Source: the human T2T-CHM13v2.0 reference genome, Homo sapiens. From it: 64,000 bases of DNA. How positions within the stretch are numbered: the first letter of the stretch is position 1; each line of letters begins with the position of its first letter. Positions 41,091-55,006 of this stretch are shown piece by piece. The stretch lies in the NCBI RefSeq assembly GCF_009914755.1, contig NC_060925.1; one strand, written 5' to 3'. Made by a program: the position numbers and the translations under genes. A model generated the notes under the pieces. It did not search any database. It was not told the DNA's origin and saw only the letters and a program-made list of their open reading frames with translations.

Positions 41091-42524
41091 CAGAACCTGG
41101 TTTCTTCAACCATCTCCTTTCTGAGATCTTCTCATTCTCTCCCCTATTTTCCTTTTGCTTAAAATACACATCTACCATCCTAAAACAAATCCTAAAACAA
41201 ATCCAAACAGAAATCTCTTTATTCTGTAATCCCCTTGAGAACTTATCTAGCTAGACTCCTTCGCTCCAGAATCTGAAAAATAAGCATGCCTCAAGGTTCT
41301 GTGCTCTTCTCTCCACAATGTACACCCTGTGGAATGCACCAACTCATAGAACTCCAACTTTCATCTATGCAGGTAACTGCCCAGCCCATGGATCTTGCCC
41401 AGACTGTTCTTCCAAGAGCTGTTCCTAAATTCCCCCACCACTAGTCCTTCTCCACGTGGATACTTCATCAGCACACTGAACTCTGTAACTCCAAGGCCAA
41501 ATTTATGACAGCCACCTAAGCTTTCTCATTTACCCAAATTTGGAACCTTGGAGTCATAGCATCAGAAACTTTGGAACTAACCCAAGCTGTTCATTTTTCA
41601 GGTTAAAAAATGTGAAGACCAGAAAGTTTGAATGTTTGAATTCTCCTCCTTTACTTCCTCTGCTGAGAAACTTTCCAGCAATTCTAGCTATAAACTACTT
41701 CCTTTTAATTATTTTTGCTCTGGGCCTTAGCTCTGACCAACATCATATCTCTCTTTAGCTATAGCAATAGTTTCATAACATGTCTTTCACCTACAATATA
41801 TGTCACTCATCCCTTCCTACCCTAAAACACCACTAACTTTATTCAATACCTTTGACATATGTGAGTGTGTATATATTTGGGACTGTGCCAAGGTCTCTGG
41901 GCTTAGACGTAAGGAGAGACTCTGCCTGCATGTGTGATCCTTTAAAAAGACACTTAAAGCAGACTATAATGGGCGGGGGAAGGCTGAAGAAGCCCCTTGC
42001 AAGAGGGACATAGTGACAGGTGAGCTAAATTTTCAAGGACAGATAGGAATTAGCCAGATGACAAAGAGGGGAATAGAAGTCAGGAAAGATCATATAGTCG
42101 ACTCAAAGGCATAGAGCAAATGGTACATCTGTGTGTCATGAAACTCTGAGGGTTTCAGTTTGGCTGGACAAAGACCCACAACAGTGAGTGGCAGGACAGC
42201 AACAGAGACCTGGTGAAACTGGGTGGGTATACAATATCAAGAACACAAAGGAATAGTATAGACTGAAAGACTTTCAGAAGGATATAAGACAACATCAAAT
42301 TAGCAAATTAGAAAGATCATTTAGTCATAAATGAGATCAGTTAGGAGGCGAGGTTGAAAACATGGAGCCCATTAGCCGACAGGCTTGAGTAAGAGACTGA
42401 AGATACAAAGGAGAGGAGAAAAGAAAGCATGCAATTTGTACCAATTTCGTGTTGAGGTTTTGCTAGGTCATTGAGAATAACAAAATGAGGTAAAGAAGTT
42501 AAGAATGTTGAGAAGAGAATGTGT

Positions 42525-43446
42525 CACTAAACCACAGTTCCAAGGCTGAGTCAGGCCCACCACCTGTGTTTTCATAGACAAAAATGGGAAATGGCTTTTG
42601 CATTTTTAAAAGGTACAAAAATTCAAATGAAGATTTCACGATGCACAAAAGTTATATGAAAATCAAATGTCAGCATCCATTAATAAAGTATTACTGGAGC
42701 ACAGCCACACCCATTTCTTTACATACTCTCTATGGTTGTTTTAGCACTACAGTGGTACAGCTTAGCTGTGACAGAGATTGCATGGCCTGCTAAGCTTAAA
42801 ATATTTGCTGTTTGGTCCTTTTTAGAAAATGTAAACAAAAAGGTAGCTGAGACAAGTCTCAACTAATTTAGAAAGTTAATTTTGTCAAGGTTAAGGATGC
42901 GCCCATGACACAGCCTTAGGAGGTCCTGACGAAGTGTGCCCAAGGTGCTCGGGGTATAGCTTGCTATTATACATTTTAGGGAGACATGAGATATCAATAA
43001 ATATGTGTAAGATGTGCATTGGTTTGGTCCAGTAAGTTGGGACAACTTGAGGCAGGGCCTTCCAGGTCATAAGTAGGTAGAGAGACAAAAGGTTGCATTC
43101 TTTTGAGTTCTTGATCAGCCTCCACAGAATACACACTTTAGTCTGGCTCAGTGAATCTGCATTTTTTCCTAAACAATAGGGCAGAGGAAGCAATCAGATA
43201 TGCATTTATCTCAGGTGAGCCTCAGGAATGACTTTGAGTTCTGTCTGTTCTTTGCCCACAAGGAATTTCCTTGGGGACAAATTGTCAGGGAGGTATGTAG
43301 CTTCTTATCTCTGTAGCTATCTTATTTGGAAATAAAATGGAAGGCAGATTTGCCTGCCATAGTTCCCAGTTTGACTTTTACCTTGGCATAGTGATTTTGG
43401 GGTTCCAAGATTTATTCTCCTTTCACAAAAAATTTGCCAACCATGG
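42525..43446. mobile_element. MER58(B)-like hAT element split by a MER4 LTR
   Basis: AATAAAGTATTACTGGAGCACAGCCACACCC...CTTAAAATATTTGC...AGAAAA | AAATTTGCCAACC. Confidence 0.8.
42830..43427 (-). mobile_element. MER4A-like ERV1 solo LTR
   Basis: Reverse complement begins TGTGAAAGGAGAATAAATCTTGGAACCCCAAAATCACT; TG..CA termini; 4-bp AAAA TSD. Confidence 0.88.
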
Positions 43447-43965
43447 TTTAGATGATGAGCCATGAGACCTTCACTGCTTAATAATATGGAAGAAGAAAGG
43501 AAAAGATAGGGGACGGAGATCCCTATGAGGTCTGAGAATAAGTATGGTGAGAATAAGAAAGGCAAAAGAGCCAAAAAGATAGTAGGTATGGTCAGCCCTG
43601 GGAGAGAAAGACATGTGGCAGTTCTAAGAGATGGACTCCCCGAATTACATGAGAAGCCTAGCTACCTGCTTTTCTTCTCATTTTTAAGACCATGAATAGA
43701 TAAACATGTGTCACCATCAACTATCAAATGCAACTTGCTGCCTAGCAATTTTTCTTGGCATTTGATCAGAAGATCAAATTACAATGCTTTCACTTACATG
43801 TCTATTTTCAAGTTAGTTCTTTTGTTGAAAATGACATTAACATCAATAGCCCTGAACCACTATAAATGTTTGGATTAAATTTAAAATCTTTCAATTCATC
43901 ACTTTCCTATGCTGCCTCCCAAAATGAAGTAAAGGGATAAAATCTTTATTAAAACAACAGAATAA

Positions 43966-44103
43966 GGCCAGGCACAGAGACTCACACCTGTAATCCCAGC
44001 ACTTTTGGAGGCCAAGGTGGGAGGATGGCTTGAACCCAGGAGTTCAAGCCCAGCCTCGGCAACACAGCAAGACCCCACCTCTACAAAACATAAACATAAT
44101 AAT
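43966..44103 (+). mobile_element. FLAM_C / left Alu monomer
   Basis: Single arm plus tail; TSD AA(C/T)AACAGAATAA. Confidence 0.9.
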
Positions 44104-44710
44104 AATAACAGAATAATTCTTCAGAACAAAAAGAAGTTTTTTTAAAAAAAACCCAACTCTTGAATTTGCTAAATGTTTTTCCTGTGGCTTCATATAGTCT
44201 CTGTTTACGCTATCTTCCTAACCCTTATTCCTACAAAGAAGAAATAGGTCTTCTTGGTAATCCCCTGCATTGAGAGCCCCTTATTGATAGAAAATATAGG
44301 TAGCCTCTTTCATGTGATTCCACAGCAACTAGTAGGAAGAACTGCCTGCAGTAGATACATTCTGTTCCGGGACTGATTACAGCCAGTGTAACACAGAGGA
44401 AAACACCCCTTCACCTCAGTGCTTTCTGGATTACAGCAGAAAAACAATGCACATTTTCCAAGATTGAAGTGATCATAACCACAAGGCAATGTGGCAGCTA
44501 AATGAGGTATTTCTCATCCCCCAGCTTTGCATAAAAATCAGCATGGCACTCAGGTACAAAGATCAAGGACACATTGCCTCCTCTTACTCTATGGGCTGAG
44601 AAAGGGAGGGGAAAGCCACTTGAAGTGTCATCAGTAGAAGACACAGCCAGGGAATTAGAGTAATCAGCAGAAAATTGAGCTACTGATCTTAACTACAAAG
44701 AACTTGAAAA

Positions 44711-44746
<36 letters not shown>
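44711..44746. repeat. (CTAT)9 tetranucleotide STR
   Basis: Nine perfect CTAT units read directly. Confidence 0.97.
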
Positions 44747-45841
44747 GGAGCTTTACCACTGGTGTTAAAAAGACTCATACTTACACATTTCCACTGAAAT
44801 CAGAAAAGGAGCAGCAAGTACTGCCTGCTTAGGAATCCAAATAAGAAACTTTACAGGCTTGAACTAAGCCATTATTGCCTATACTGCATTTCCAAGACAC
44901 AAATGTATAAAATCATGCTCCATTTTACAAAAATGGGGGAGGAAAAGGCATTTCCAAAAATAGGAGAGATTCGACCTAACTACCTGCAAAGAAGTCATAA
45001 GCAAAATAGGTCTCTTCACTCTGTCACATCCTGGACCTCCATGCACCTCTGACCACGACCCGCCATCTCTTTGCTCATTAAGTGCCTTGTTCATCATGGA
45101 GCAAGCCCTGCCCAAGTCAAAGGCGGGGTGTTCTTTTAGCTCTACAAGCACTGAATTGCACCATTAGTTTTCAGATGCTGATACCAGGTCAGAGGTTCCC
45201 CGAGCCTGTCTGAAACTGAAAAGACCTCACAGATCCTTTCATCAGAGATTCTGGTGGAATCACCAACAGATGAAAAATACCTTGACATCATGGAACTTAA
45301 AGGTAGATCTAAAATCAAGAGAATCACAGCTATGTGGAAACATTTAACATCTTTCTCGCACTGATCTTGGGACCTTGAGATATTTTTTATTTTAAATGTC
45401 TTTTTTTCATATCAAAAAAGACTGTAAATGCCAAGAAAAAGAATTTACAAGTTTTCAGTTGCCATAGCCTATATTTGAAAAAGTATAAGAGTTTGCATGA
45501 AAGCTGAAGCAACTTAGAAATGGCAATTAAGATAGTCTCATCTATGTGATTGTTTTAATACATGTTTCTAAAAGTCAACTTTTTAAAATCCCAATTTAAA
45601 AGAGGCCTGTGGAAACATATAGAAGATTTGTTTCCCATCTTGTCTTTTTGAACTTGACATTCTTTACCTGGTTCTACTGTTATCCAGGGTCTGCCATTTC
45701 AGTGTTTCCCTTCATAGTCTGCAATCCTGCCATGCATGAAAGGGCCACTCAGCCATGGTAATTCCATCCAGTCCAGCTGGCAGTAATGCCTTTCTCATGG
45801 GTATGGCAGAAAACAAAATCCCCCAGCCAAAGACTCTAAAG

Positions 45842-46171
45842 CAGCTGTCCCCAACCTTTTTGGCACCAAGGACCAGTTTCATGGAAGACAATTTTTCCAC
45901 AGCCAGGTCATTGCAGGGGTTGGAGGATGGTTTTGGGATGAAACTGTTCCACCTCATCATCAGGCATTAGTTAGATTCTCATAAGGAGGGCGCAACCTGG
46001 ATCCCTCACATGCACAGTTCACAATAGGGTTTGCACTTCTATGAGAACCTAATGCCACAGCTGATCTGATGGAAATGAGGTGGTAATGTGCGCTCGCCTG
46101 CCCACCGCTCACCTCCTGCTGTGCAGTCCGGTTCCTAACAGGGAACAGACTGGTAGAGTTGGGGACCCCTG
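45842..46171. mobile_element. MER1B-like hAT-Charlie MITE
   Basis: TIRs CAGCTGTCCCCAAC / GTTGGGGACCCCTG; 8-bp TSD CTCTAAAG/CTCTAGAG. Confidence 0.9.
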
Positions 46172-48049
46172 CTCTAGAGGACCCCATACTATCTGCACTT
46201 GACTCAAGGAAACAGCATCAAGAAAAACAGCCGGGTTACACTGGCGAATAAAGAAGAATCTCCTGAGTCTGAAAGCCACACAACCAGTCTGGATCATGGA
46301 AAAGTACTAGACTTGGGAGTTGTCAGAAGACCTGGTTCAAATTGCTTTAATAAAACATAGCCTCTGTGAGAATCTATATTGCAGGACTCTTTATAAAAGC
46401 TGACCTGGTCATATTATTATTGTAACTGTAATGATGGGTAATTGTTTCCTTTACAATAGCCATCCAGTCCCTTTATATCCACCCACACCCTTCAGATTGT
46501 TAATTTGTGACTCCTTTTTTTTTTCTCAGAAGTTTCTAAGTGATAATGTTTAGCTAGATTTTACACAGATACATTTCCTTGGAGCAAATGGAAAGAGGAG
46601 AGGAAGGCACATTGAGTATGATTTGACCCACACCCCATACCCACCAGGGGTGGCTCAGCCTGGTACTCCAGGCTGGTGTGGGGTTTACCTCATCAAGTCA
46701 CGGAGCGGCAATTCCCCTGGGCCTCCTCCCTCAAGTACGAGAGGATTTGGGAGTAATTTCTGCAACCCTGGGGTCTTTTCTGCAATGTGCATGATCAATC
46801 CTTTGTGATAATCTATGTAAGCACAGACCTCCAATAAATCATTGAGCCACAGGGATTAGAAAAGAAAGGACCTAAACTTGAGTAGAGATGAAGAAGCAGA
46901 ATGAAAGGAAGAAGGGCTGAGAAAGAAGAGGAACCCCACATCGATCTCAAGGTGTATAAAAATAAAAGGTAGGTGTAATGCCTTATTTTATTTCACAAAT
47001 ATGAAATGAGGGCCATGATGTGCGCCAGGCCTCAGGATGAACAAAACAGACAAGGGGCCTGGCCTCATGAGCTGATATTTGATGGGGAGGACAAGTAATA
47101 AACAAGAAAACAAATAAATGCATGTTAATTGCAGGTTGTGATATGTGCCTGTAAGTAACTAAAGAAGGTTGTATAACTAAGTGGTGGCATGCTGGTGACG
47201 CTGTAAAGAAATGGTGGAGATAAAATACTGACCAGAGAGCAGAGGAAAAATGGGTGCAAGAAAGTAGAGAGGGCACCTATCGACAACTCTGCAGGGTCTG
47301 CCATTGTAAAAGAACAGATGGAAGTGTTTTCACAATGTGAATGTATTTAATGTTACTGAAGTACACATTAAAAATGGTTAAGACGGTAAATTGTATATCT
47401 CTTTTCCAGTCCTAATTTTAAAAAGACAACCATAGAGGTAGATAATGTATGAGAAAGCCCTGAGGTTCACTTATGTCCAGAACCAGCTTTTTTCACTGTT
47501 AGGTCAGCTCAGATTCAAGTGACTAAGTACTCCGAAAATGTCATGGTTTTGTCCTTTCTCAGCTTAAAGGGGGGAAAAAGCCTTCATCATGAGTGGCAGA
47601 GGAAAGGGTCTAATCTGATCAAACGATTCATTCGTGGATTCAAAATAGCTTTGGTCTGGTAGACCAACAGGCCTACCAGTAAAGGGCAAAGGCATTATTT
47701 ATCTTTCAGGGGACAGTAGCTTTCAGTGGCCATGAATGAGTGAGAAACATTGCCGGATTATTCATTCTGAGGTGCAATTCTCATTTTTCAAGTTGGCTGT
47801 ACCAGTCATCGTGTTTTGACTAACCAAAAGGAGATGCCTTTATCATCCTAAAAACTGTCTCTTTGGTATTTCTTGTGTTTTCTAGGAAAAGAACTTATGA
47901 AGTTACTCTTTTCTGCGGGGGTCTTCAAAAGGGTCTAATAGCTAGTTCTAAATCGAAGCCAAGAAAAGAGTATGGGTGTGATCATGTATTTCTGTTTCTA
48001 TATGAAGCACGTGTTCTTCTCATTCACTGATGGTCCAGCCAGTTTGAGG

Positions 48050-48290
48050 AGCAAGAATGCAGTTTAGAGCCATAAGCTACCCAGAATCATATCGCATGTG
48101 ACAACTGAACCTAAGATCTGCCACTTACTGTGTTACTTGACCTTTCTAGCCTGTTTGCTCCTGTGTAAAATAGAGATGGTAACAATACATCCTTCAATGT
48201 AGTGATGAAGAAATAAGATATAGAACATGCAAAATGCCTAAACAGTGATCAAAATAGTAAGCCACTGAGTGAATCGTTGCTGCTATTCCT
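48050..48290 (+). mobile_element. MIR
   Basis: CTGCCACTTACTG...TTACTTGACCT...CTGTGTAAAATAGAGATG. Confidence 0.65.
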
Positions 48291-48329
48291 AATACTGATA
48301 AATTACTAACACTATTAGCAAAATATAAA

Positions 48330-48820
48330 CTGAATATACCCTTTCATAGGTCAATTATATTTATAGGAATTTATTCTACCTCTAAGTATACTCACATGTG
48401 TGCAAGACATATGCACACAGATGTGGATTATTACATTGTCTACGACAGAAAAAGACTGGACAAAAACTGAACTTCAAGGACTCAATAAAGGGGCTGGTTA
48501 AACCAATTCAAGAGCTTCCATGATATGGAATATTATAGAGTCACTAAAAAGGACATGACTGCATTATACAAACCAATATAGAACACTAAGATATGTATTT
48601 GTAACTATTTTTAGGCAAGATGTAAAAATAATATCATGCTACTACTTCTATAAGAAAAAAAATAGGCTTATATACCCAAATCTCTGGAAGGAGATATAAA
48701 TATCTGATAATGGTAATTGCCTCCAGAAAAGAGAACTCAGACACTGAAAGAAAGCGAGACAAAGGAGATTTATTTTTTATTACCACCATATGCCATTGTA
48801 TATATTACCTATCCAAAACA
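48330..48820 (+). mobile_element. L1ME-like 3' fragment
   Basis: TATAGGAATTTATTCTAC...GGGGCTGGTTAAA...ATGGAATATTAT. Confidence 0.6.
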
Positions 48821-51800
48821 TAAGACAGAAAAGAAATGATGAAATGTTAAGCAAATTTTTAAAATAAAACAATACTTTACACAGCAAGATTTAAGCTATA
48901 TTGTAAATGTGAGAAACTGATTATTTTTAGAATACAGGCACAAAGATGATGACCTAGGAAGGTTCTGAGATCCAAAAATGGGTAGCTGCATGGGCCCCAG
49001 TTGAATGGTACAGGAGGAAGGTTCTGAGATTTGGCCCCAAGGATGGAGGGCTAAGAGAAGGGGCAGGAGCCCTGCTATGCTACATTTTGCTTTCTCAGAT
49101 GTCAGATTCTTGGAGGTTAGGAAGATCCAAAGGCCTGAGTTTTCCACTTCCATTCTCCTGCCCACCCCTGCCCCTCCCTGACACTTCAAAATTCTCTTTT
49201 CTTTGCTACTCCTCTCCTCTCTTGCCACATAAATTTACCCATGTTGACAAATTTTATACTTTTTGACAATTCTCCTTGCCAAAATCTAAGTCTAAAGCCT
49301 GGAAACCCTGATCGTTCTTCCAATCAGTAAGTTATTTATTTTACAAATATCTATTGAACACCTACTATGTGCTAGGCATTATTCTTAGTGTCAGGAAAAT
49401 AGAACTGAGAAAGGCACTAAAAAACAACAATTTCTTGAGCACTTCTCATGTGCCAGCTCTCTTGTAAGCGGTTTACAGCCCAGTTGGGGTTGGAAAGGCA
49501 AATTACTCAAATTACTAATAGTGTCTCATAGTACAGGCTCAAAGAGGCCTATTGCCAAAGAATTAAAGGAGAGATCAATGAGGGGACAGAGATTTCCTTC
49601 AGGTCTTATGAGATAAGAGTTAAAAGGAATCCTGAAAAAGAGAGCAATAGCCTTGTTTTATATCCCATAACGGTCTAAGGGAAAGTGCTATGAGTCCTGC
49701 TTAACCTTGTTAGATAGAAGTATCTTCTCCAAATTTCCCTTAGTTCTTGGCCACTTTGCTGTGGTGATTAGCAGTGGGACCTGCAAAAGAAAATTGGCCC
49801 ATGGGCTGTGTTCAGAGATGCCAAAGAATTGTGGGACACAGGTCCTACCTAGAGAAAGAATTCCATGAGACATATCCACTTAGTATATGGTGGCAGCTAC
49901 ACAAAGAGAAGAGAGCAGGACCTTCACCCAGAGAAGAAGGGGTGAAGGAGGAATAAACAGGGATGACAAAGTGGGCTTTGCAGCAGTGATAGGCCTGTGT
50001 GGCTCAGGCTCCACTGTAACTGCCTATGGGGCTGGAGAGGAGCCACATCAGGAGAAGGGGCACTAAGAGAGGTCTTAGATAGGGAACATAAGTGGAGAAG
50101 GACCTCGCTCAAATGTAGCACCTACCAAGTACTGGGTACTGTTATAGGTAGATGCTTTCCCGCATTTTCTCACTTATCTCAGACTTAGAAGGACAGAGGG
50201 AACAAGTTCTACCTGTAAGATGATCAATCCAGCCCTACTTGAGAACCAGGAAACAGCATTCATGACAGATAAGGTATCTTGCAAACTCTGGAGAGGCTAG
50301 ATATTTGAAGGAAACAAAGCAGACAGAAGCTAAAAGAACACAGAGCTCAGGAGAAGGGCACCATTTTGTGTCCGCTGGCACTTTCAGAGCCCATTATTTG
50401 CTGGCACTTGGTTTTAGAGCCCATTTTTGATGGAATAAGTCTATGGCTCTGTGGCAGCTGTGACTTCTTTGGATACGAAGCTATGCAACCTGAGAATTGA
50501 AAAAAGCAGTTAAAAGTATATTTGTACAATTACTCAAAGCTACATAAAAATAGAAGTGAAAACTCTCATTTTATCTATGAGCACCGAAGGGCCAGACCTT
50601 AGTCAAGGCTACCAACTTGGAATTTCTAATCACAAATTATATTTCATGACTTCTTCAATATAGGACTAGGAGATCTAAATGCTGAATGAACCTGGAGAGT
50701 CTTCTAGATCAACACTAATTAATCTAGAGATTGACAGTATTCTACAGAATCAGTGGTTGCCCAGCCTATGTTTAAATGCTTTCACCAACCAGGAACTTGT
50801 TAGCTCCTAAAGCAGCCCATTCTGTTTTCATTCACTCAAATTTTGTCTTCCATTGAAAGAAAATTTGTCACACCATAGCCTCTAACCATTAGTCCTAGTT
50901 TTAATCCTTGAAGCCTTACAAAACAAGTCTGATATCTCTCCTAAGCTTATTGGCTCATACACTCAACAAATATCCACTGATACTGAGCACCTACTATGCA
51001 GTAGGCATTATTCCAGGTGTCAATAAAACAAAAATGAATAATACACAAAAACACCCAGTCTAATGGAATACACAGATATCTAAACAGATAATACAATAAG
51101 TGCAATGCTAATGACACAAGGTATAGAAGCTCTGTGAAGCACAGGAATCCCTTTTATGGGTGGAGTTTGAGAAAGTCTTGCTGCAGTAGGTGATGTCAGA
51201 GCTGCGATGGGCAGGAGGGTGGAGCTGGGGAAAGGGAGTCAGGAAGGAGAAGGTGTCCAGGGAAGACCTTCTTCCCTTGTGTTGCTGTCCCCAAGAGAGA
51301 TAGTCCTGCCTGTGTTACTGAAGCATGGAAGGAGGTAGGGAAATAAAGGATTTACCTCAAGAAAATCACCAAAACTGCTCATATTAACTGTACTTTTCTC
51401 TGCATGGAGGACATACATACTTGCATGGAGGCAAGTTATATTTTATTTTTATGTTTCTGCATTTTCCAATTTTTCTAAAATCACCATATAATGCCTTTAT
51501 CAACAGAAAAGGCAAAGCATGATGAATCTGAAAATAATTTATCCTTTTTGCCTTTCATGACCCTCCCCTCATCATGCGGGTGCCTAACTCTGAGCAAAGG
51601 GTCTGGTAGGGGCAGCTGTGAGGTAACATGTCTCAGCTTATCCATTCTAGGACTGTCTTTCCAAATTGCTCCCTCTTCACTGTAACACTTGTCACTGTGC
51701 CTAGACAGCACTTCCCAATTTATTTTATTTAGCTTGGCAATGTTTAAAATATCAATGTGGCACTCAAACCTCACTTGAATTTTTCAAGTCTTGTTTGTAT

Positions 51801-52739
51801 TCCTTCTTTTTATTATTATTTTATTATTTGTGTCTGTCATCAGGATGGGTTTGCATTTACAAAAGATGCCATGAGATGTTCAGCCTCCCTCATGGGCAGA
51901 GAAATGGCATCAGTGGACGATGAGCTCTGTCTTCTTTCCAGATTCTGCTGGAAAGGATGCAAGCCCAACAGGGACAAGGACCACAAATGGAGCAAGGCCT
52001 CTGAAGAGCAAACTGGAGGAGGGGTGGTGGTGCCTGAATTAAACTGGGAGTAGTTACGGTGGACATTGACCGAGCACTTACCAAGTGTCAGGCACTGTGC
52101 TTGGTTTTAATTTATCCTCACAAAAATCCTATGAAGTAGGCATTATTAATGTTATTATTTCTCTTTTTATCTCTCTATTTATTGTGTGTATGTGTACGTG
52201 TGTGTGATGGGGAGGCGGAGTAAGTGAGAGTGATAGGAGATGGGTTGATCAGCAAGGCGGGAACTAGACCAGGAAGGGCCTTGTCTGCTTTAAGAATCTG
52301 ACTGGGGGAGTGGCTGAGAGGTTTTCAAGCAGAGAAAGGACAGGATCAGGTCTACATTTTAGAAAGATACCCACAGTGCAATGTGGGTATCTGTGCTACA
52401 GAGAGGTTAAGTAACTTACCAAAGATCTCAGAGGTTGTAAGTGGAAGAGATGGATCTAAATCCAAGGGTCTTCACTACGACCCTATGCTGCAATCTAATA
52501 GCAAAGGGAGGTTAGTCAAGGGTGCAGACCATCCAAACCCACAGGGAGCTCTCACCAGCCCAGGGCACTCAGCAGAACCAGCATGAGGACTCAGTGAGTG
52601 GGAACCATCACACAGACCACCTGAAGAATAGGGTTTGGGAGGTTTCATTTCATTTCCCTAATCTCATTTACTGAGTAGCCATGGTATGCAAGAATGGTGG
52701 TTCTTCCCTCTTCTTATTATTTCTCCATTTTACCCCTCC

Positions 52740-53450
52740 TCTCCATTCTTACCAGCCCAGTCTTAGTTCCCATAATCTCATGAGAGCCGATTCTCATCAT
52801 CTGTCAACTGGATTATTACAGTAGTCTTCAAACTTGGGTTCAAGTCTCTCAGCTGGCCCTCCATATTGCATTGTAGGTTTCTTTCTAAAATGCAGACCTG
52901 ATCCTATCCTTTCTCTGTTTAAAACCTCTCAGCCACTCCCCCTGGTCAGATTCTTAAAGCAGACAAGGGCCTTCCTGGTCTAGTTCCTACCTTACTGTTC
53001 AACCCATCTCCTATCACTCTCATTTACTCCACCTCCCCATCACACACACATATACACATACACACAGTCACACACATACACACACCCACACACCTGACCC
53101 TCTGTGGCCATCCTGAACTATTAACGGTTCCCCAGGTGACCACTTATGGCTCCCACTTCATGGCTTTGCATCTGCTTCTCCTACACCCAGAATGTTCTTT
53201 TCCCACTCCTTTGTCTGGTCAAATCCTACTATACTTTTGAAGTTCAGCTCAAGCAGCATCTCCTTTAAGATTTAGATGTGAAAGACCCTTCTCTTGCTTC
53301 GTCTTTCACAGCACTCATCACATAATCCTACAATAAATGATTTACTGACTGTCTCCCCCAATAGGCTGAGATATTAAAGAGGGGTGTAACAATGTCTTAT
53401 TCAATTTTGTATTTCCAGCCTCTATAATCACATCCCGGCTCAGTAAACAT
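52740..53450 (+). mobile_element. L2 remnant containing a CA-rich tract (53041-53092)
   Basis: CTGGATTATTACAGTAGTCTTC...TCTTTCTAAAATGCAGACCTGATC...GCTCAGTAAACATTTGT. Confidence 0.7.
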
Positions 53451-53721
53451 TTGTACACTATATAATAATTTGTGTTGGGAAAACCTCGGGTTCTCTGACC
53501 TCAAGTTCCCACACAGAGGGAGCTCCACTAGAGTAATGCACCTGGCTTCTCTAGAAGAATAAACTGAGCATGCCCTGGGCTTTGTTCTCTGAGCAAGTCT
53601 GCCTTTAGCAAGCTTGCCTTACAGCCCATTCTGCGCAGCAGTAAGGAACCTGCCCTACTGGGGAGGCCTATGAAGGTCCTGTTGTGTCCACAACTGGGTA
53701 GGTAAGTCTTTCTTCTTTCTT

Positions 53722-54180
53722 TTTCTTTAAATAACTTTATTGGGGTATAATTGATATATTAAAAACTGTACATATTTAATGTATACAGTTTAATGAGTTT
53801 GGACATATGCATGCTCCCATGAAACCAACAATACAGTCAAGGTAATAAACAGATCCATCACCTCCAAAAGTTTCCTTGGTTTTTTGGTTTTTTGTGTTAA
53901 AGGCACTAACATGAGATCTACCCTCTTAACAGATTTTTAAGTGCAAAGTAGAGTACTGTTAAATAGAGGCACTATATTGCACAGCAAATCTCTAGAACTT
54001 ACTCATCTTGCATAACTGACACTTTATACCCCTTGAACAATAGTTCTTTATTCCCTCGTCCTCCAACCCCCAGTAACCACCATTCTACTCCCTGCTTCTA
54101 TGAGTTAGATTATTCTAGATACCTTACATAAGTAATATCATGCAGATTTGTCCTTGTGTGACCTGCTTATTTCACTTAAT
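53722..54180 (-). mobile_element. L1MB1/L1MA9-like 3' end
   Basis: ACTTTATTGGGGTATAATTGA...AACATGAGATCTACCCTCTTAACA...GCTTATTTCACTTA. Confidence 0.82.
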
Positions 54181-54631
54181 ACAAGAGTAAAGACAGTTTT
54201 CCATAGACCCAAAGCTATGTTTTCCCATCAGGTTTTCCAGTAATAAGAGGGATACTTTTATCTCCGTCTCTCTGACTCCCAAGTCTACCTTTCAATGGGC
54301 CTTAAAGACATAAGAGGAAGACAGATGAGATTTATTGGCTCTCTAAAACCTGAACGATATGTTTAATGAATGAATACATTAATTACTAAGGTTGGGTTCC
54401 AGGCTTCAGGAAATTTCCAATCAAATAAGGGCAATGAAAGAGAGAAGGGAGATGGTTTAACTAGAGGTAGGAAGGAGCACTGGTGGGGGGTGGTGACAAG
54501 AACAAATCAAAGAGGACAGGCTGTGTTTAGAAGACAGTGAATAAAGGAGCTGGAAGTCAGTGGAGAGTGAATGTGGAAATACAAGAAGAGGAGAGTGAAT
54601 TACTTGGAGCTGAAGCTGTTTTCTTGCTTGA

Positions 54632-55006
<375 letters not shown>

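Noticed and set aside
45168-45307. Possible exon TTTTCAG|ATGCTG...TTAAAG|GTAGAT
   Set aside because: Weak donor, short pyrimidine tract, no recognisable peptide.
53695-53708. Consensus-like donor AG|GTAAGT
   Set aside because: No convincing paired acceptor or ORF; isolated motifs are frequent by chance.
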